A DNA stretch of 63,458 nt, filler included, from an uncultured bacterium (lineage in GTDB: Bacteria > DYJV01), in NCBI GenBank assembly GCA_964543655.1. It is 3 parts of 3 records of this genome, joined end to end, with 100 filler letters (N's around TTAATTAATTAA, not from the genome) between each part and the next. Parts side by side here need not be neighbours in the genome. Positions count along the whole stretch, not along the records: positions 26,672 to 40,339 come from CAZIZE010000061.1; positions 40,440 to 63,458 come from CAZIZE010000063.1; 1 more part is not named here. The stretch is one strand, 5' to 3'. The stretch's first letter is position 1. Every line of letters begins with the position of its first letter. Shown in pieces: positions 30,718 to 40,651 of this stretch. The notes under the pieces are model-generated. The model was given only the letters and a program-made list of their open reading frames with translations. It was not told where the DNA came from and ran no database searches. The translations under genes were made by a program, and so were the position numbers.

Positions 30718-31662
30718 TTAATCAAACAAAGAACTTACTGAGTCGTCATGATAAATTCTTTTTATTGCCTCAGCTAAAAGAGATGCTACTGAAAGCACTT
30801 CAATTTTGCTACATTTTTTACCTTCTTCACTTAAAGGTATTGTATTGGTAACTATTAATTTTTCAAGAGATGAATTTTCTAATCTTTCAATAGCTGGCCC
30901 AGATAAAACAGGATGAGTTATACATGCATAAACCTTTTTAGCACCATTTTCTAATAGTGCATCTGACGAATTGCATAAAGTGCCAGCAGTATCAACTATG
31001 TCATCTACAATAACAGCTATTTTACCTGAAACATCACCTATAACATGAAGAGCTTTTGACTGATTAGGCTTATCTCTCCTTTTATCAACAATTGCAAGAC
31101 CTGCATTTATCTTTTTAGCATAAGCTCTTGCTCTCTCCACACCTCCTGCATCTGGAGAAACAATTACAACCTCTCCATTTTTATTGATAATATTTGAATT
31201 GATATAATCAATCATTACAGGTAAAGCATAGAGATGATCAACTGGAATATCAAAAAAACCCTGAATCTGACCTGCATGTAAATCAACTGTCAATAATCTA
31301 TTTATACCTGCAACCTGTAATAGGTCAGATACAAGTTTTGCAGATATAGGTGCTCTTGGTGCAACTTTTCTATCCTGCCTTGCATAACCATAATAAGGAA
31401 TTACAGCTGTAATAGAATGTGCAGATGCTCTTTTAAATGCATCTATCATTATAAGAAGCTCCATAATATTTTCATTGGCAGGCTTGCAGGTAGACTGGAT
31501 AATGAAAACTCTTTTACCTCTAACACTTTCGTTAATTTCTACATTAACTTCCCCATCACTGAATCTTTTAACAGATGCCTTGCCAAGTGGCATATTTAAT
31601 GCCTCTGAAATACCTTTTGCTAAATCAATGTTAGAGTTACCTGCAAAAATTTTGACTTCCAT
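30718..31662 (-). CDS. prs: Ribose-phosphate pyrophosphokinase
   Basis: [46 protein letters not shown]. Confidence 0.98.
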   Translation of the reverse strand: MEVKIFAGNSNIDLAKGISEALNMPLGKASVKRFSDGEVNVEINESVRGKRVFIIQSTCKPANENIMELLIMIDAFKRASAHSITAVIPYYGYARQDRKVAPRAPISAKLVSDLLQVAGINRLLTVDLHAGQIQGFFDIPVDHLYALPVMIDYINSNIINKNGEVVIVSPDAGGVERARAYAKKINAGLAIVDKRRDKPNQSKALHVIGDVSGKIAVIVDDIVDTAGTLCNSSDALLENGAKKVYACITHPVLSGPAIERLENSSLEKLIVTNTIPLSEEGKKCSKIEVLSVASLLAEAIKRIYHDDSVSSLFD

Positions 31663-31686
31663 GTAATCTCCATTAATAAAAAATAA

Positions 31687-31762
31687 TGGCTGGGGTGGTA
31701 GGACTCGAACCCACGAATGCGGGGACCAAAACCCCGTGCCTTACCTACTTGGCGACACCCCA
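31687..31762 (-). tRNA. tRNA-Gln (anticodon TTG), CCA encoded
   Basis: Reverse complement TGGGGTGTCGCCAAGTAGGTAAGGCACGGGGTTTTGGTCCCCGCATTCGTGGGTTCGAGTCCTACCACCCCAGCCA; ispE-tRNA-Gln-prs context. Confidence 0.97.
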
Positions 31763-31767
31763 GCAAA

Positions 31768-32613
31768 TTAATCTAAAGCATTTAAAAGAAATTTTTCATA
31801 TTTCGCATCTAATTGTTGAATACAGTAAAGAGCTTTTTCTCTGCTATTAAATAACCCAAAAACTGCTGAGCCACTTCCTGTCATTAATGACAGAGAGGCT
31901 CCATTTTTATACATGAATTTTTTAATGTTTTCTATCTCAGGGTAATATTCTAAAACAACGTTCTCCAAATCATTAAAAAATTCACTTATTTGAGACGGTG
32001 CTCTATTAATACTTTTAAATTTATTTGTCAACTCTAAATTTAAATTTTTGTAAACCGATTTTGTTGATATTGAAAAATTTGGCTTAACAATTAAAATCAA
32101 ATAGTTTGACAAATCTAAATCATAGTCAAAAAGCTTATCTCCTATTCCACCCATTAAAAGCAAGTTTTTGTTGGAAACAAATAGTGGTACATCAGCACCT
32201 ATCTTTTTTGCAATGGAAATTAATTTTTCAATATTAAAAGGCTCTGAATAAAATTTGTTTAAAAATTTTAAAACAATCCCTGCATTTGAACTACCGCCAC
32301 CAAGTCCCGCTTCAACAGGTATCTCTTTTTTTATAAAAATCTCAATTGAATCATTCAGGTTAAATTGCTCTTTAAAATATTTTACAGCATTATAAACTGT
32401 ATTGTTAACAGGTGATATTTCTGTATTGGAAAATAAAACTTTAATTAGCCCTTTATTATTTTTCAAAATTCTTATCTTTATAATATCAAATAGAGATATT
32501 TTTTGAACAGCACTTAATATATTGTGATAACCATCCTCTCTTTTATTTAAAACCTTCAAAAATAGATTAATTTTTGCTGGTGATAAAAGAATGTATGCTC
32601 TATTATACTTCAT
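31768..32613 (-). CDS. ispE: 4-diphosphocytidyl-2-C-methyl-D-erythritol kinase
   Basis: SPAKINLFL, KREDGYH, IPVEAGLGGGSSNA, GADVP, MTGSGSAVFG. Confidence 0.96.
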   Translation of the reverse strand: MKYNRAYILLSPAKINLFLKVLNKREDGYHNILSAVQKISLFDIIKIRILKNNKGLIKVLFSNTEISPVNNTVYNAVKYFKEQFNLNDSIEIFIKKEIPVEAGLGGGSSNAGIVLKFLNKFYSEPFNIEKLISIAKKIGADVPLFVSNKNLLLMGGIGDKLFDYDLDLSNYLILIVKPNFSISTKSVYKNLNLELTNKFKSINRAPSQISEFFNDLENVVLEYYPEIENIKKFMYKNGASLSLMTGSGSAVFGLFNSREKALYCIQQLDAKYEKFLLNALD

Positions 32614-32696
32614 AAAACACCTCGAAATTTAAATTTAATATTTGAAAATTTTTCTCCAATAATATATATTGGGTTATCTTTATGAAAGGAATATAT

Positions 32697-34325
32697 ATGA
32701 AAAAATTATTTATTGCAATTTTTATTCTACTACTATTTTTAGGCTGCTCCCAGCAGGAAAAACCACCTCAAAAATCTAAAAAAATTCCTATAAAAAAGAG
32801 TATTAATAAACCTGATTATGGAGATAAAATAGTTGTTGGTTCCATTGGTGATATTAGCAACCTTATACCTATCCTTGCTACTGATTCTGCTTCACATGAA
32901 ATAGCAGGATTAATATACAATGGTCTGCTAAAGTACAATAAAAATTTAAAATTAGTTGGTGACCTTGCTAAATCTTATTCAATTTCAAAAGATAACAAGG
33001 TTATTACTTTTAAATTAAAAAAAGGGATAAAATGGCAGGATGGTGTTGAGTTTACTGCTGATGATGTTATTTTTACCTACAATCTTATTATGGATCCCAA
33101 AACTCCCACAGCATACAGAGGAGATTATGAACTTGTTAAAAAAGTTGAAAAAGTCAATAAATATGAAGTTAAAGTTTATTATAAAAAACCTTTTGCACCT
33201 GCTCTTGGAAGCTGGACTATTTCTATTTTACCTGCCCATCTTTTAAAAGGTAAAGATATTTTAAAAACACCTTTAAGCAAACACCCTGTTGGTACAGGTC
33301 CCTTTATTTTTGAAAAATGGGAAGTGGGACAGGTTGTTAAACTTAAAAGTAACAACAATTATTTTAATGGACGACCATACCTCAATGGGTATATTTATAA
33401 AATAATTCCAGACTCTGCTACCATGTTTTTAGAATTAAAAGCTGGGAAGATTGATTTAATGGGGCTCACTCCCATACAGTTCAGAAGACAAACAGAGACA
33501 AAGTTTTTTAAAGAAAACTTTAAAAAGTTCTGTTATCCAGTTTTCAGTTACACATATCTTGGATTTAATTTAAAAGATCCCCTTTTTAAAGATAGGAAAG
33601 TTAGACAAGCTATAGCATATGCTATAAATAAAAAGGAAATTGTAGATGGTGTGCTTCTTGGTTTGGGAACTGTTGCCACAGGTCCATATCGCCCAGATAT
33701 GTGGTATTACAATAAAAATGTAAAAAAATACAATTACAATCCAGAATATGCAAAAGAATTATTAAAAGAAGCTAATTGGGTTGATTCCAATCATGATGGT
33801 ATTCTCGATAAAAATGGAAAAAAATTTGAATTTACCATTTTAACAAATCAGGGGAACAACAATAGATTGAAAACAGCTGAAATTATCCAGATGAGATTAA
33901 AAAAAGTTGGTATTAAAGTTAACATTCGGGTTATTGAGTGGGCATCATTTATAAATGAATTTATTGATAAAAGAAGATTTCAAGCTGTTATTCTTGGCTG
34001 GAGTACTGGAATAGATCCTGATCAATACGATATCTGGCACTCATCCAAAACTGGTCCAAAAGAATTAAACTTCATTTCATATAAAAATAAAGAAGTTGAT
34101 AAATTACTTGAAGAGGGACGATTAACCTTTAACATTGAAGAAAGAAAAAAAATATACTTTAAATTTCAAGAAATTTTATCAGAAGATGAGCCTTATGTAT
34201 TTCTCTATATTCCTTACTCACTTGTAATTTTACATAAAAGATTTAGGAATGTAAAGCTTGCACCTGCTGGAATTGAGTATAATCTTGAAAAATGGTGGGT
34301 GCCCAAATTTGAGCAACGTTATTAA
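32697..34325 (+). CDS. Peptide/nickel ABC transporter substrate-binding lipoprotein (SBP family 5)
   Basis: Lipobox LFLGC; IYNGL, GDLA.S, WQDG..FTADDV, PVGTGPF, VRQAIAYAIN. Confidence 0.92.
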   Translation: MKKLFIAIFILLLFLGCSQQEKPPQKSKKIPIKKSINKPDYGDKIVVGSIGDISNLIPILATDSASHEIAGLIYNGLLKYNKNLKLVGDLAKSYSISKDNKVITFKLKKGIKWQDGVEFTADDVIFTYNLIMDPKTPTAYRGDYELVKKVEKVNKYEVKVYYKKPFAPALGSWTISILPAHLLKGKDILKTPLSKHPVGTGPFIFEKWEVGQVVKLKSNNNYFNGRPYLNGYIYKIIPDSATMFLELKAGKIDLMGLTPIQFRRQTETKFFKENFKKFCYPVFSYTYLGFNLKDPLFKDRKVRQAIAYAINKKEIVDGVLLGLGTVATGPYRPDMWYYNKNVKKYNYNPEYAKELLKEANWVDSNHDGILDKNGKKFEFTILTNQGNNNRLKTAEIIQMRLKKVGIKVNIRVIEWASFINEFIDKRRFQAVILGWSTGIDPDQYDIWHSSKTGPKELNFISYKNKEVDKLLEEGRLTFNIEERKKIYFKFQEILSEDEPYVFLYIPYSLVILHKRFRNVKLAPAGIEYNLEKWWVPKFEQRY

Positions 34326-34336
34326 AAGGAGATGTT

Positions 34337-35023
34337 ATGACAATTAATTCCTTGCACAATGCATATTTAAAACAGAGAGAATTAACTCAAAAATTTAATG
34401 ATAGATTAATTGGATACAAAATCGGCTTTTCAAGTAATGATACTCAGCAGAAATTCAACATTAATGAGCCAGCTTATGGTAAATTATACCATTCAATGTT
34501 GTACAAAAATAATTTAAAATTTAAAATTTCTGAATTTGTAGCACCTTTAATAGAGGTTGAAATAGCAATTAAACTTTCAAAAAACATAGAAAAAGAACTT
34601 AACTCTATAAATGAAATAAAAAAATATATTAAAAGTTACTTTATGTCAGTTGAACTTCCTGATTTAAGGGTAAAGAATAGTGGAAGTTTAAATGCCTTTC
34701 AAATAATAGCAGATAACCTTGCAGCAAAATATTTTATAATTAATAGAGAAAGGGAATATTCTGGAGAAGATTTTATAAATTGTAAAGCTGAATTGTTTCT
34801 CAATGGAAAATTAATTAGAATAGGAGAAGCAACCAATGTTCTTGGCTCACCTTTAAATGCTCTTCTCTGGTTGAGCAGAAAGTTAATATCACAAGACGAT
34901 TATTTGAAAAAAGGCCAGATTATTTTAACTGGAAGTTTTACTGAAATATTTTTAGCAGAAAAAGGTGATTATAAAGTTGTGTTCTCAAATCCTGATGAAA
35001 CTTTAAACTTCTCCTTTATTTAA
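34337..35023 (+). CDS. 2-keto-4-pentenoate hydratase / FAH-family protein
   Basis: GYKIGFSS, EPAYGKL, IEVEIA, IADN, VLGSPLNALLWL, ILTGS. Confidence 0.85.
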   Translation: MTINSLHNAYLKQRELTQKFNDRLIGYKIGFSSNDTQQKFNINEPAYGKLYHSMLYKNNLKFKISEFVAPLIEVEIAIKLSKNIEKELNSINEIKKYIKSYFMSVELPDLRVKNSGSLNAFQIIADNLAAKYFIINREREYSGEDFINCKAELFLNGKLIRIGEATNVLGSPLNALLWLSRKLISQDDYLKKGQIILTGSFTEIFLAEKGDYKVVFSNPDETLNFSFI

Positions 35024-35653
35024 TTCTGCTACATATTTACACCACTTATTATAAACTTCTTCACCTAACTCTTTTTTAAATCCAGCCATTATTGTATTAA
35101 AAGGCAGGTCATCAAATTCACCTCTAAAATTTACATATTCAAAGGTAAGTTCATTGTTTTGATTATATTTGTGTAAAAGAGCATCATCTTTACCATTAAA
35201 CTCAGTTGGTTTGTATCCAAATTTTTCACACATTTCAATGTTAAAAGTAGGAGCAGCAGCTATCCATTTATTATTTAGAAAAACTCCACAGTATCCATGA
35301 AAATGGTATGTATTACCAAATAGTTTTGTTAATTTTTCAGGTGCTTTATAATTTTTAATATCAACAAAAATCAGTTTACAGGGTATATCTGCACATCTAA
35401 GCATTGAGCATAAGAGAACAGCTTTCTGAATGCAGTAGCCATAGCCTCTTTTTAAAATCTCACTACTTTTATAATACTCCTCTTTTTCCCACGGACTGTA
35501 TGGATTGTATTTTATTGAATCTCTAACAAAATAAAAAAGTTTTATAGCTTTTTCAATATTTGTTTTACTATCTTTAATTAAAAATGCAACTTTCTCTTTT
35601 ATTAATGGCTGGTTATAATCTATAAAATAGGTGGGTTTTAAATAATTTTCCAT
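35003..35653 (-). CDS. Transglutaminase-like domain protein
   Basis: YLKPT.FID, LFYFVRD.I.Y, GYCIQKA, HGY. Confidence 0.85.
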   Translation of the reverse strand: MENYLKPTYFIDYNQPLIKEKVAFLIKDSKTNIEKAIKLFYFVRDSIKYNPYSPWEKEEYYKSSEILKRGYGYCIQKAVLLCSMLRCADIPCKLIFVDIKNYKAPEKLTKLFGNTYHFHGYCGVFLNNKWIAAAPTFNIEMCEKFGYKPTEFNGKDDALLHKYNQNNELTFEYVNFRGEFDDLPFNTIMAGFKKELGEEVYNKWCKYVAELNKGEV

Positions 35654-35660
35654 AATCTCT

Positions 35661-35691
35661 AAAATAAAAAAGCCCTCATTAAGAGAGGGCT
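35661..35691 (-). terminator. Intrinsic terminator after nuoN
   Basis: Minus strand AGCCCTC-TCTTAAT-GAGGGCT followed by TTTTTATTTT. Confidence 0.8.
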
Positions 35692-35706
35692 AAATTTATT
35701 AACAAA

Positions 35707-37155
35707 TTACAATAAATGTATAATTGATTTTTGAAGGAATTCTATTAAAGATTCAGGTAATATTCCAAAGTAGAGAACACCTGCAATTGCAAGGCTGATT
35801 CCAAAAACTGTTGACATATTGTAGGAAACTGTTTCTTTTGCCTCTCCTTTAAAATACATATAAACAAGTACTCTCAAATAGTAATATGCTGAAATTGCAC
35901 TATTAATTACAGCAAGAATTGTTAATCCATAAAGTTTTGCATTAATTGCTGCTGAAAAAAGATAAAATTTACCTAAAAATCCTACTGCTGGTGGGACACC
36001 AGCCATTGAAAACATAAAAACACTCATTGCAATTCCAAGAAATGGATTTTTTAAACCTAAGCCTTTTATATCATCAAGTGTTCTTGCATTAGCTGCTGAT
36101 AGAACACTAAATGCACCAACATTCATAAAACCATATCCAAGAAGATAAAATAGTATTGCTGAGCTGCTTAAATATGTTGCTGCAACAATACCTACAAGGA
36201 TATAACCTGCATGAGCAATACTTGAATATGCAAGCATTCTTTTAACGTTTTTCTGAGGTAATGCAAGTAAATTACCACCAAACATTGTAAGAACAGCAAA
36301 AAATGCTATAATTGCGCTGTACTCATTAACAAAGTGATTGAAAGATGTTAACAATATTCTGAGAAAAGCTGAAAATGCTGCTGCTTTAACTCCAGTAGCC
36401 ATAAACCCGGTAATTGGTGAAGGTGCTCCTTCATATACATCTGGTGTCCACATATGGAAAGGAACTGTTGATACTTTAAATAAAAATCCTGTTAATATAA
36501 GGGCAATTCCACCAAGTAGCATTGGATTATGTAGATATTCCGGATAAATTTTTATAAACTTAGCTATATCTTTTAAATCAAATACACCTGTTGCACCATA
36601 AATAAAAGCTATCCCAAGAAGTAGAAAACCTGCTGAAAATGCACCAAGAACAAAATATTTAATTGCACCTTCAACACTTTTTTCATCATTCTTCTTAAAA
36701 GCTGCAAGACAATATATTGCCACAGACATCATTTCAAGTGCAATAAAAATCATAATAAGATTGGTAGAAGATGCCATTAACATCATACCTACTGCTGCAA
36801 ATAAAATCAGTGCATAATATTCCCCTGAATCTATTTTCTTTTTTACAGTATAATTCATTGAGGAAAAAATGGTCAAAGCTACTATAATTAAAGTTACTAA
36901 TTTAAAAAACCAAGCATAACCATCAAGAACAACCATATGGTTAAATGCTGAAACATTTTTGCCATATATTAAAAAAAGTGAAAAAAAGGCAAAAATTACT
37001 CCAACTATTGAAATATATCCATTGTATGATGTTTTATATTCCTTACCTTCACTAAAAACACCTGCTATTAAAACTAACATCCCAAATATTGATAAAATTA
37101 TTTCAGGTAAAATTACTATCAACTTAGGCTCAGCAAGAGTCATAAAATTTACCAT
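35707..37155 (-). CDS. nuoN: NADH-quinone oxidoreductase subunit N
   Basis: EGAIKYF, FKVSTVPFHMWTPDVYEGAP, KRMLAYSSIAH. Confidence 0.95.
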   Translation of the reverse strand: MVNFMTLAEPKLIVILPEIILSIFGMLVLIAGVFSEGKEYKTSYNGYISIVGVIFAFFSLFLIYGKNVSAFNHMVVLDGYAWFFKLVTLIIVALTIFSSMNYTVKKKIDSGEYYALILFAAVGMMLMASSTNLIMIFIALEMMSVAIYCLAAFKKNDEKSVEGAIKYFVLGAFSAGFLLLGIAFIYGATGVFDLKDIAKFIKIYPEYLHNPMLLGGIALILTGFLFKVSTVPFHMWTPDVYEGAPSPITGFMATGVKAAAFSAFLRILLTSFNHFVNEYSAIIAFFAVLTMFGGNLLALPQKNVKRMLAYSSIAHAGYILVGIVAATYLSSSAILFYLLGYGFMNVGAFSVLSAANARTLDDIKGLGLKNPFLGIAMSVFMFSMAGVPPAVGFLGKFYLFSAAINAKLYGLTILAVINSAISAYYYLRVLVYMYFKGEAKETVSYNMSTVFGISLAIAGVLYFGILPESLIEFLQKSIIHLL

Positions 37156-37166
37156 TTTTTCCTCCT

Positions 37167-38672
37167 CTACTTATCTATTACCATGGTAATTGTATTTTTA
37201 CTTTTCATTGTATTTATAAAATTTTTAGATGTTGAATCAAATTTCTGAATAAAGTATTGTGGAAAAATTCCCATTATAAATATTAAAAGAATCAACGGAA
37301 TAATATAACCAAATTCCCTAACATTAATATCTGGTAATTTTTTATTCTCCTCTTTTTCAAGTGGACCAAAAAATGATCTCTGATACATCCATAACATATA
37401 GATGGCACCAAGTATTGTAGATGTACATGCAATTACTGCAAACCAAGGATTAGCTTTAAAAATACCAATAAAAAGTAAAAATTCACCAATAAAACCATTT
37501 GTACCTGGAAGCCCCACTGATGCTAACATTGCAATCATAAAAAAAGTGGCAAATAAAGGCATCTGCTTGGCTATCCCACTGTAATCCTTAATAAGTCTTG
37601 AGGAACTTCTTTCAAATAAAATTCCAAGAAGTAGAAATAACGCACCTGTAACAACTGTATGGTTTAACATTTGAAAAATTGCACCATGCACTCCCTGAAC
37701 TGTTAAAAGATAGAGTCCTAAAATAATCACTGCCAAGTGACCTATTGATGAATATGCAATAAGTCTTTTCATATCCTTCTGAACAATAGCTATTAAAGAT
37801 ATATATACAACTGCTATTAAAGTAAGAGTAGCTATTAAAGGAGTAAATTTTATTGCTGCATCTGGAAATAGTGGCATTGCAAATCTATAAAATCCATATA
37901 CCCCCATTTTTGATAAAACTGCTGCAAGTAAAACTGTACCTGCTGTTGGAGCATTAACATATGTATCAGGTTGCCAGGTGTGAAATGGAATAAGTGGTAC
38001 TTTAATTGCAAATGCTACAAAAAAAGCTAAAAATAGCAGAGTCTGCTTTGCCATTGGAATGTGTAATTTATACATACTTAAAATTTCAAAATTAGATTTT
38101 CCATTTAACCAGTAAAGAGTAAAAATTGCTACAAGCATAATAACACTACCTGCCATTGTATAAATATAAAACTTTAAAGTAGAGTAGATTCTCTTATAAT
38201 CACCCCAAATACCAATTAAGAAATACATTGGTATTAACATAACTTCCCAGAATATATAGAATAAAACTAAATCAAGGGCAGCAAGTGAGCCTATTACTCC
38301 TGATTCAACAAACAATATACATAAGAAATATTCTCTAACATATTTTTCTATCTTCCACGATGCAACTATGCAAATTGCTGTAATTAATGTTGTTGCAACA
38401 ATAAGGTACATACTAACAGCATCAACACCAAGATAATACTGAATTCCAAGAGATTTTATCCATTGATGCTTTTCTATAAATTGAAAAATTGCACCTTTGC
38501 CATTATATCCAAAGAAAAGATACAGGCCAAATAATAAATTTAGAAAAGCAAAGAATGATGCTGTTAACTTCACTCCACCATCATTATCTCGTTGAAATCC
38601 AAGTAGAGTAATAGCACCAGCTAATGGTAAAAATATCATTATAGATAAAATATGGTTAGTTAATATTTCCAT
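37167..38672 (-). CDS. nuoM: NADH-quinone oxidoreductase subunit M
   Basis: FYIFWE.MLIPMY, FAIKVPLIPFHTW, KRLIAYSS, LPGTNGFIGEF. Confidence 0.95.
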   Translation of the reverse strand: MEILTNHILSIMIFLPLAGAITLLGFQRDNDGGVKLTASFFAFLNLLFGLYLFFGYNGKGAIFQFIEKHQWIKSLGIQYYLGVDAVSMYLIVATTLITAICIVASWKIEKYVREYFLCILFVESGVIGSLAALDLVLFYIFWEVMLIPMYFLIGIWGDYKRIYSTLKFYIYTMAGSVIMLVAIFTLYWLNGKSNFEILSMYKLHIPMAKQTLLFLAFFVAFAIKVPLIPFHTWQPDTYVNAPTAGTVLLAAVLSKMGVYGFYRFAMPLFPDAAIKFTPLIATLTLIAVVYISLIAIVQKDMKRLIAYSSIGHLAVIILGLYLLTVQGVHGAIFQMLNHTVVTGALFLLLGILFERSSSRLIKDYSGIAKQMPLFATFFMIAMLASVGLPGTNGFIGEFLLFIGIFKANPWFAVIACTSTILGAIYMLWMYQRSFFGPLEKEENKKLPDINVREFGYIIPLILLIFIMGIFPQYFIQKFDSTSKNFINTMKSKNTITMVIDK

Positions 38673-38683
38673 AACTGCTCCCC

Positions 38684-40339
38684 TTATATTATATTTAAGA
38701 AATAGCTAATAGTTATAATAATCCCTAATAAAATGCTAACTGCATAAAATTGAACAGAACCAGTTTGAACAAATCTCAACCCATAACCAACACCTCTTAT
38801 AATCCCTGTAACTGTCCTTACAACTCCATCAACAATTAACTCATCCCAAATAACCCATAATACATTGCCTATGAAATTACCTGGTTTTTCAAAAATAAAC
38901 TCATAAATCTCATCAACATACCATTTGTTATAAAGTAATTTATGCAACAGAGGAAAACTTTTAGAAAGTTTTTCTGGTAATTCTCTATTTTTAAGATAAA
39001 ATAGATAAGCTACATAGATACCAGCAAGACCTACAATTACAGCTATTATCATTAAAAGATATTCTAAGCTATGTGAAACTGGATGAAAAAGATTCTCAGT
39101 TTCAAAACCAGCAAGACCAGTTAATGTAAATGATGGTTCAAGAAAATGCTCTATTAAATTAGAGCCACCTAAAATTTTAGGTACTCCTATGTAACCACCA
39201 ATTACTGATAATATAGCAAGTATAATCATGGGAACTGTCATACTTGATGGTGATTCATGAATATGTTTGGCAACTTCAGGTTCAACTCTACTTTCACCAA
39301 AAAATGTCATAAATAAAACTCTGAACATATAAAAAGATGTTAAACCAGCAGTAATTGTGCCTAATGCCCAGAGAAAATAATGGCCTGAGGCAAAAGTTTT
39401 ACCAAGAATCTCATCTTTACTGAAAAATCCTGATAAACCTGGAATTCCAGAAATAGCAAGACAGGCGATTAAAAATGTCCAGTATGTTATTGGTATTTTA
39501 TTTTTTAATCCTCCCATTTTTCTCATATCTTGCTCTCCTGAAAGAGCATGAATTACACTACCTGCACCAAGGAAGAGTAATGCTTTAAAAAATGAATGTG
39601 TAACTATATGAAATACACCTGCTGAAAAAGCTGCCACACCAACACCTAAAAACATGTATCCTAATTGGGATATAGTTGAATAAGCAATAACTTTTTTAAT
39701 ATCGTATTGAGCAAGTGCCATAGTAGCTGCAAAAAAAGATGTAACTCCACCAACAATTGCAACAATTTCAAGAGCTAAATGTCCATGCATGTAAAGTGGT
39801 GCACACCTTGCAACCATATACACACCTGCTGTAACCATTGTAGCAGCGTGGATTAAAGCTGATACTGGAGTTGGACCTGCCATTGCATAGGCAACCATAC
39901 AAAAAGTGGTATTTGCGCTGATTTGCCTGTAGCACCTATGAATAAAAGAATTCCTACAGCAGTAGCAATACCAACAGGGATAAATTTCACATGAGAAAGT
40001 GATGCGTAAAAATCAAATGTGTATATATTGGTATATTTTCCAATTGTAAAAAACAATAAAAACATACCAAGAATAAATCCAAAATCACCTACTCTATTAA
40101 ATACAAACGCTTTTTTTCCTGCAGATGCAAATTCTTTGTTTTCAAACCAGAAACCAATAAGAAGATAAGAACATACTCCAACACCTTCCCAACCAAGAAA
40201 CATTAGAACAAAGTTATTTGCAAGAATAAGATTTATCATAGAAAGCATAAATAGATTCAAATATGTAAAATATCTATAATATCTCCCTTCATCATGAATC
40301 ATATAACCTATGGAATATACATGAATAAGGAAACCTACA
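38684..40339 (-). CDS. nuoL: NADH-quinone oxidoreductase subunit L; 5' end lost at the gap, and a 1-bp deletion near 39888 splits the ORF
   Basis: GWEGVG, NRVGDFG, GKSAQIPLFVWLP then AMAGPTPVSALIHAATMV in another frame (G of the Asp codon GAT missing). Confidence 0.93.
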
Positions 40340-40439
40340 NNNNNNNNNNNNNNNNNNNNNNNNNNNNNNNNNNNNNNNNNNNNTTAATTAATTAANNNNN
40401 NNNNNNNNNNNNNNNNNNNNNNNNNNNNNNNNNNNNNNN
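40340..40439. other. Assembly linker (N-run, TTAATTAATTAA, N-run)
   Basis: Linker at 40384-40395. Confidence 0.98.
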
Positions 40440-40595
40440 TGGAAAATAAAATATAACTTCTGATTTTTTTAGGCACTCCTCACCTGCTATAGTTATAAGA
40501 TTTCTCTTACCAGGACCACAGCCAATAAGATAGAGTTTCCCTCTAATATTTATCCCCCTGAGTTTAGTTGGTAGCTGGTACTCGTTACTCTCCAT
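40440..40595 (-). CDS. Tetrapyrrole (precorrin) methyltransferase N-terminal fragment, truncated at the gap; start may be ATT 40547
   Basis: GKLYLIGCGPG..NLIT..GEECLKKSEVI. Confidence 0.75.
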
Positions 40596-40600
40596 ACTCT

Positions 40601-40649
40601 AACCACTAATCATTAACCATCAACCATCAACCACCAACAATTAACAAGC
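40601..40649. repeat. Heptamer tandem array (AACCATC-like x7)
   Basis: AACCACT AATCATT AACCATC AACCATC AACCACC AACAATT AACAAGC. Confidence 0.75.
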
Positions 40650-40651
40650 AA

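Noticed and set aside
32005-32031. Internal sigma70 promoter in ispE for tRNA-Gln-prs (minus-strand TTGACA at 32031-32026)
   Set aside because: No convincing -10 hexamer at 16-18 nt spacing; AT-rich background makes chance matches likely
35003-35653. Transglutaminase triad Asp apparently replaced (WIAAAPTFN)
   Set aside because: As I recall, this variant is common in the subfamily; not evidence of novelty without an alignment
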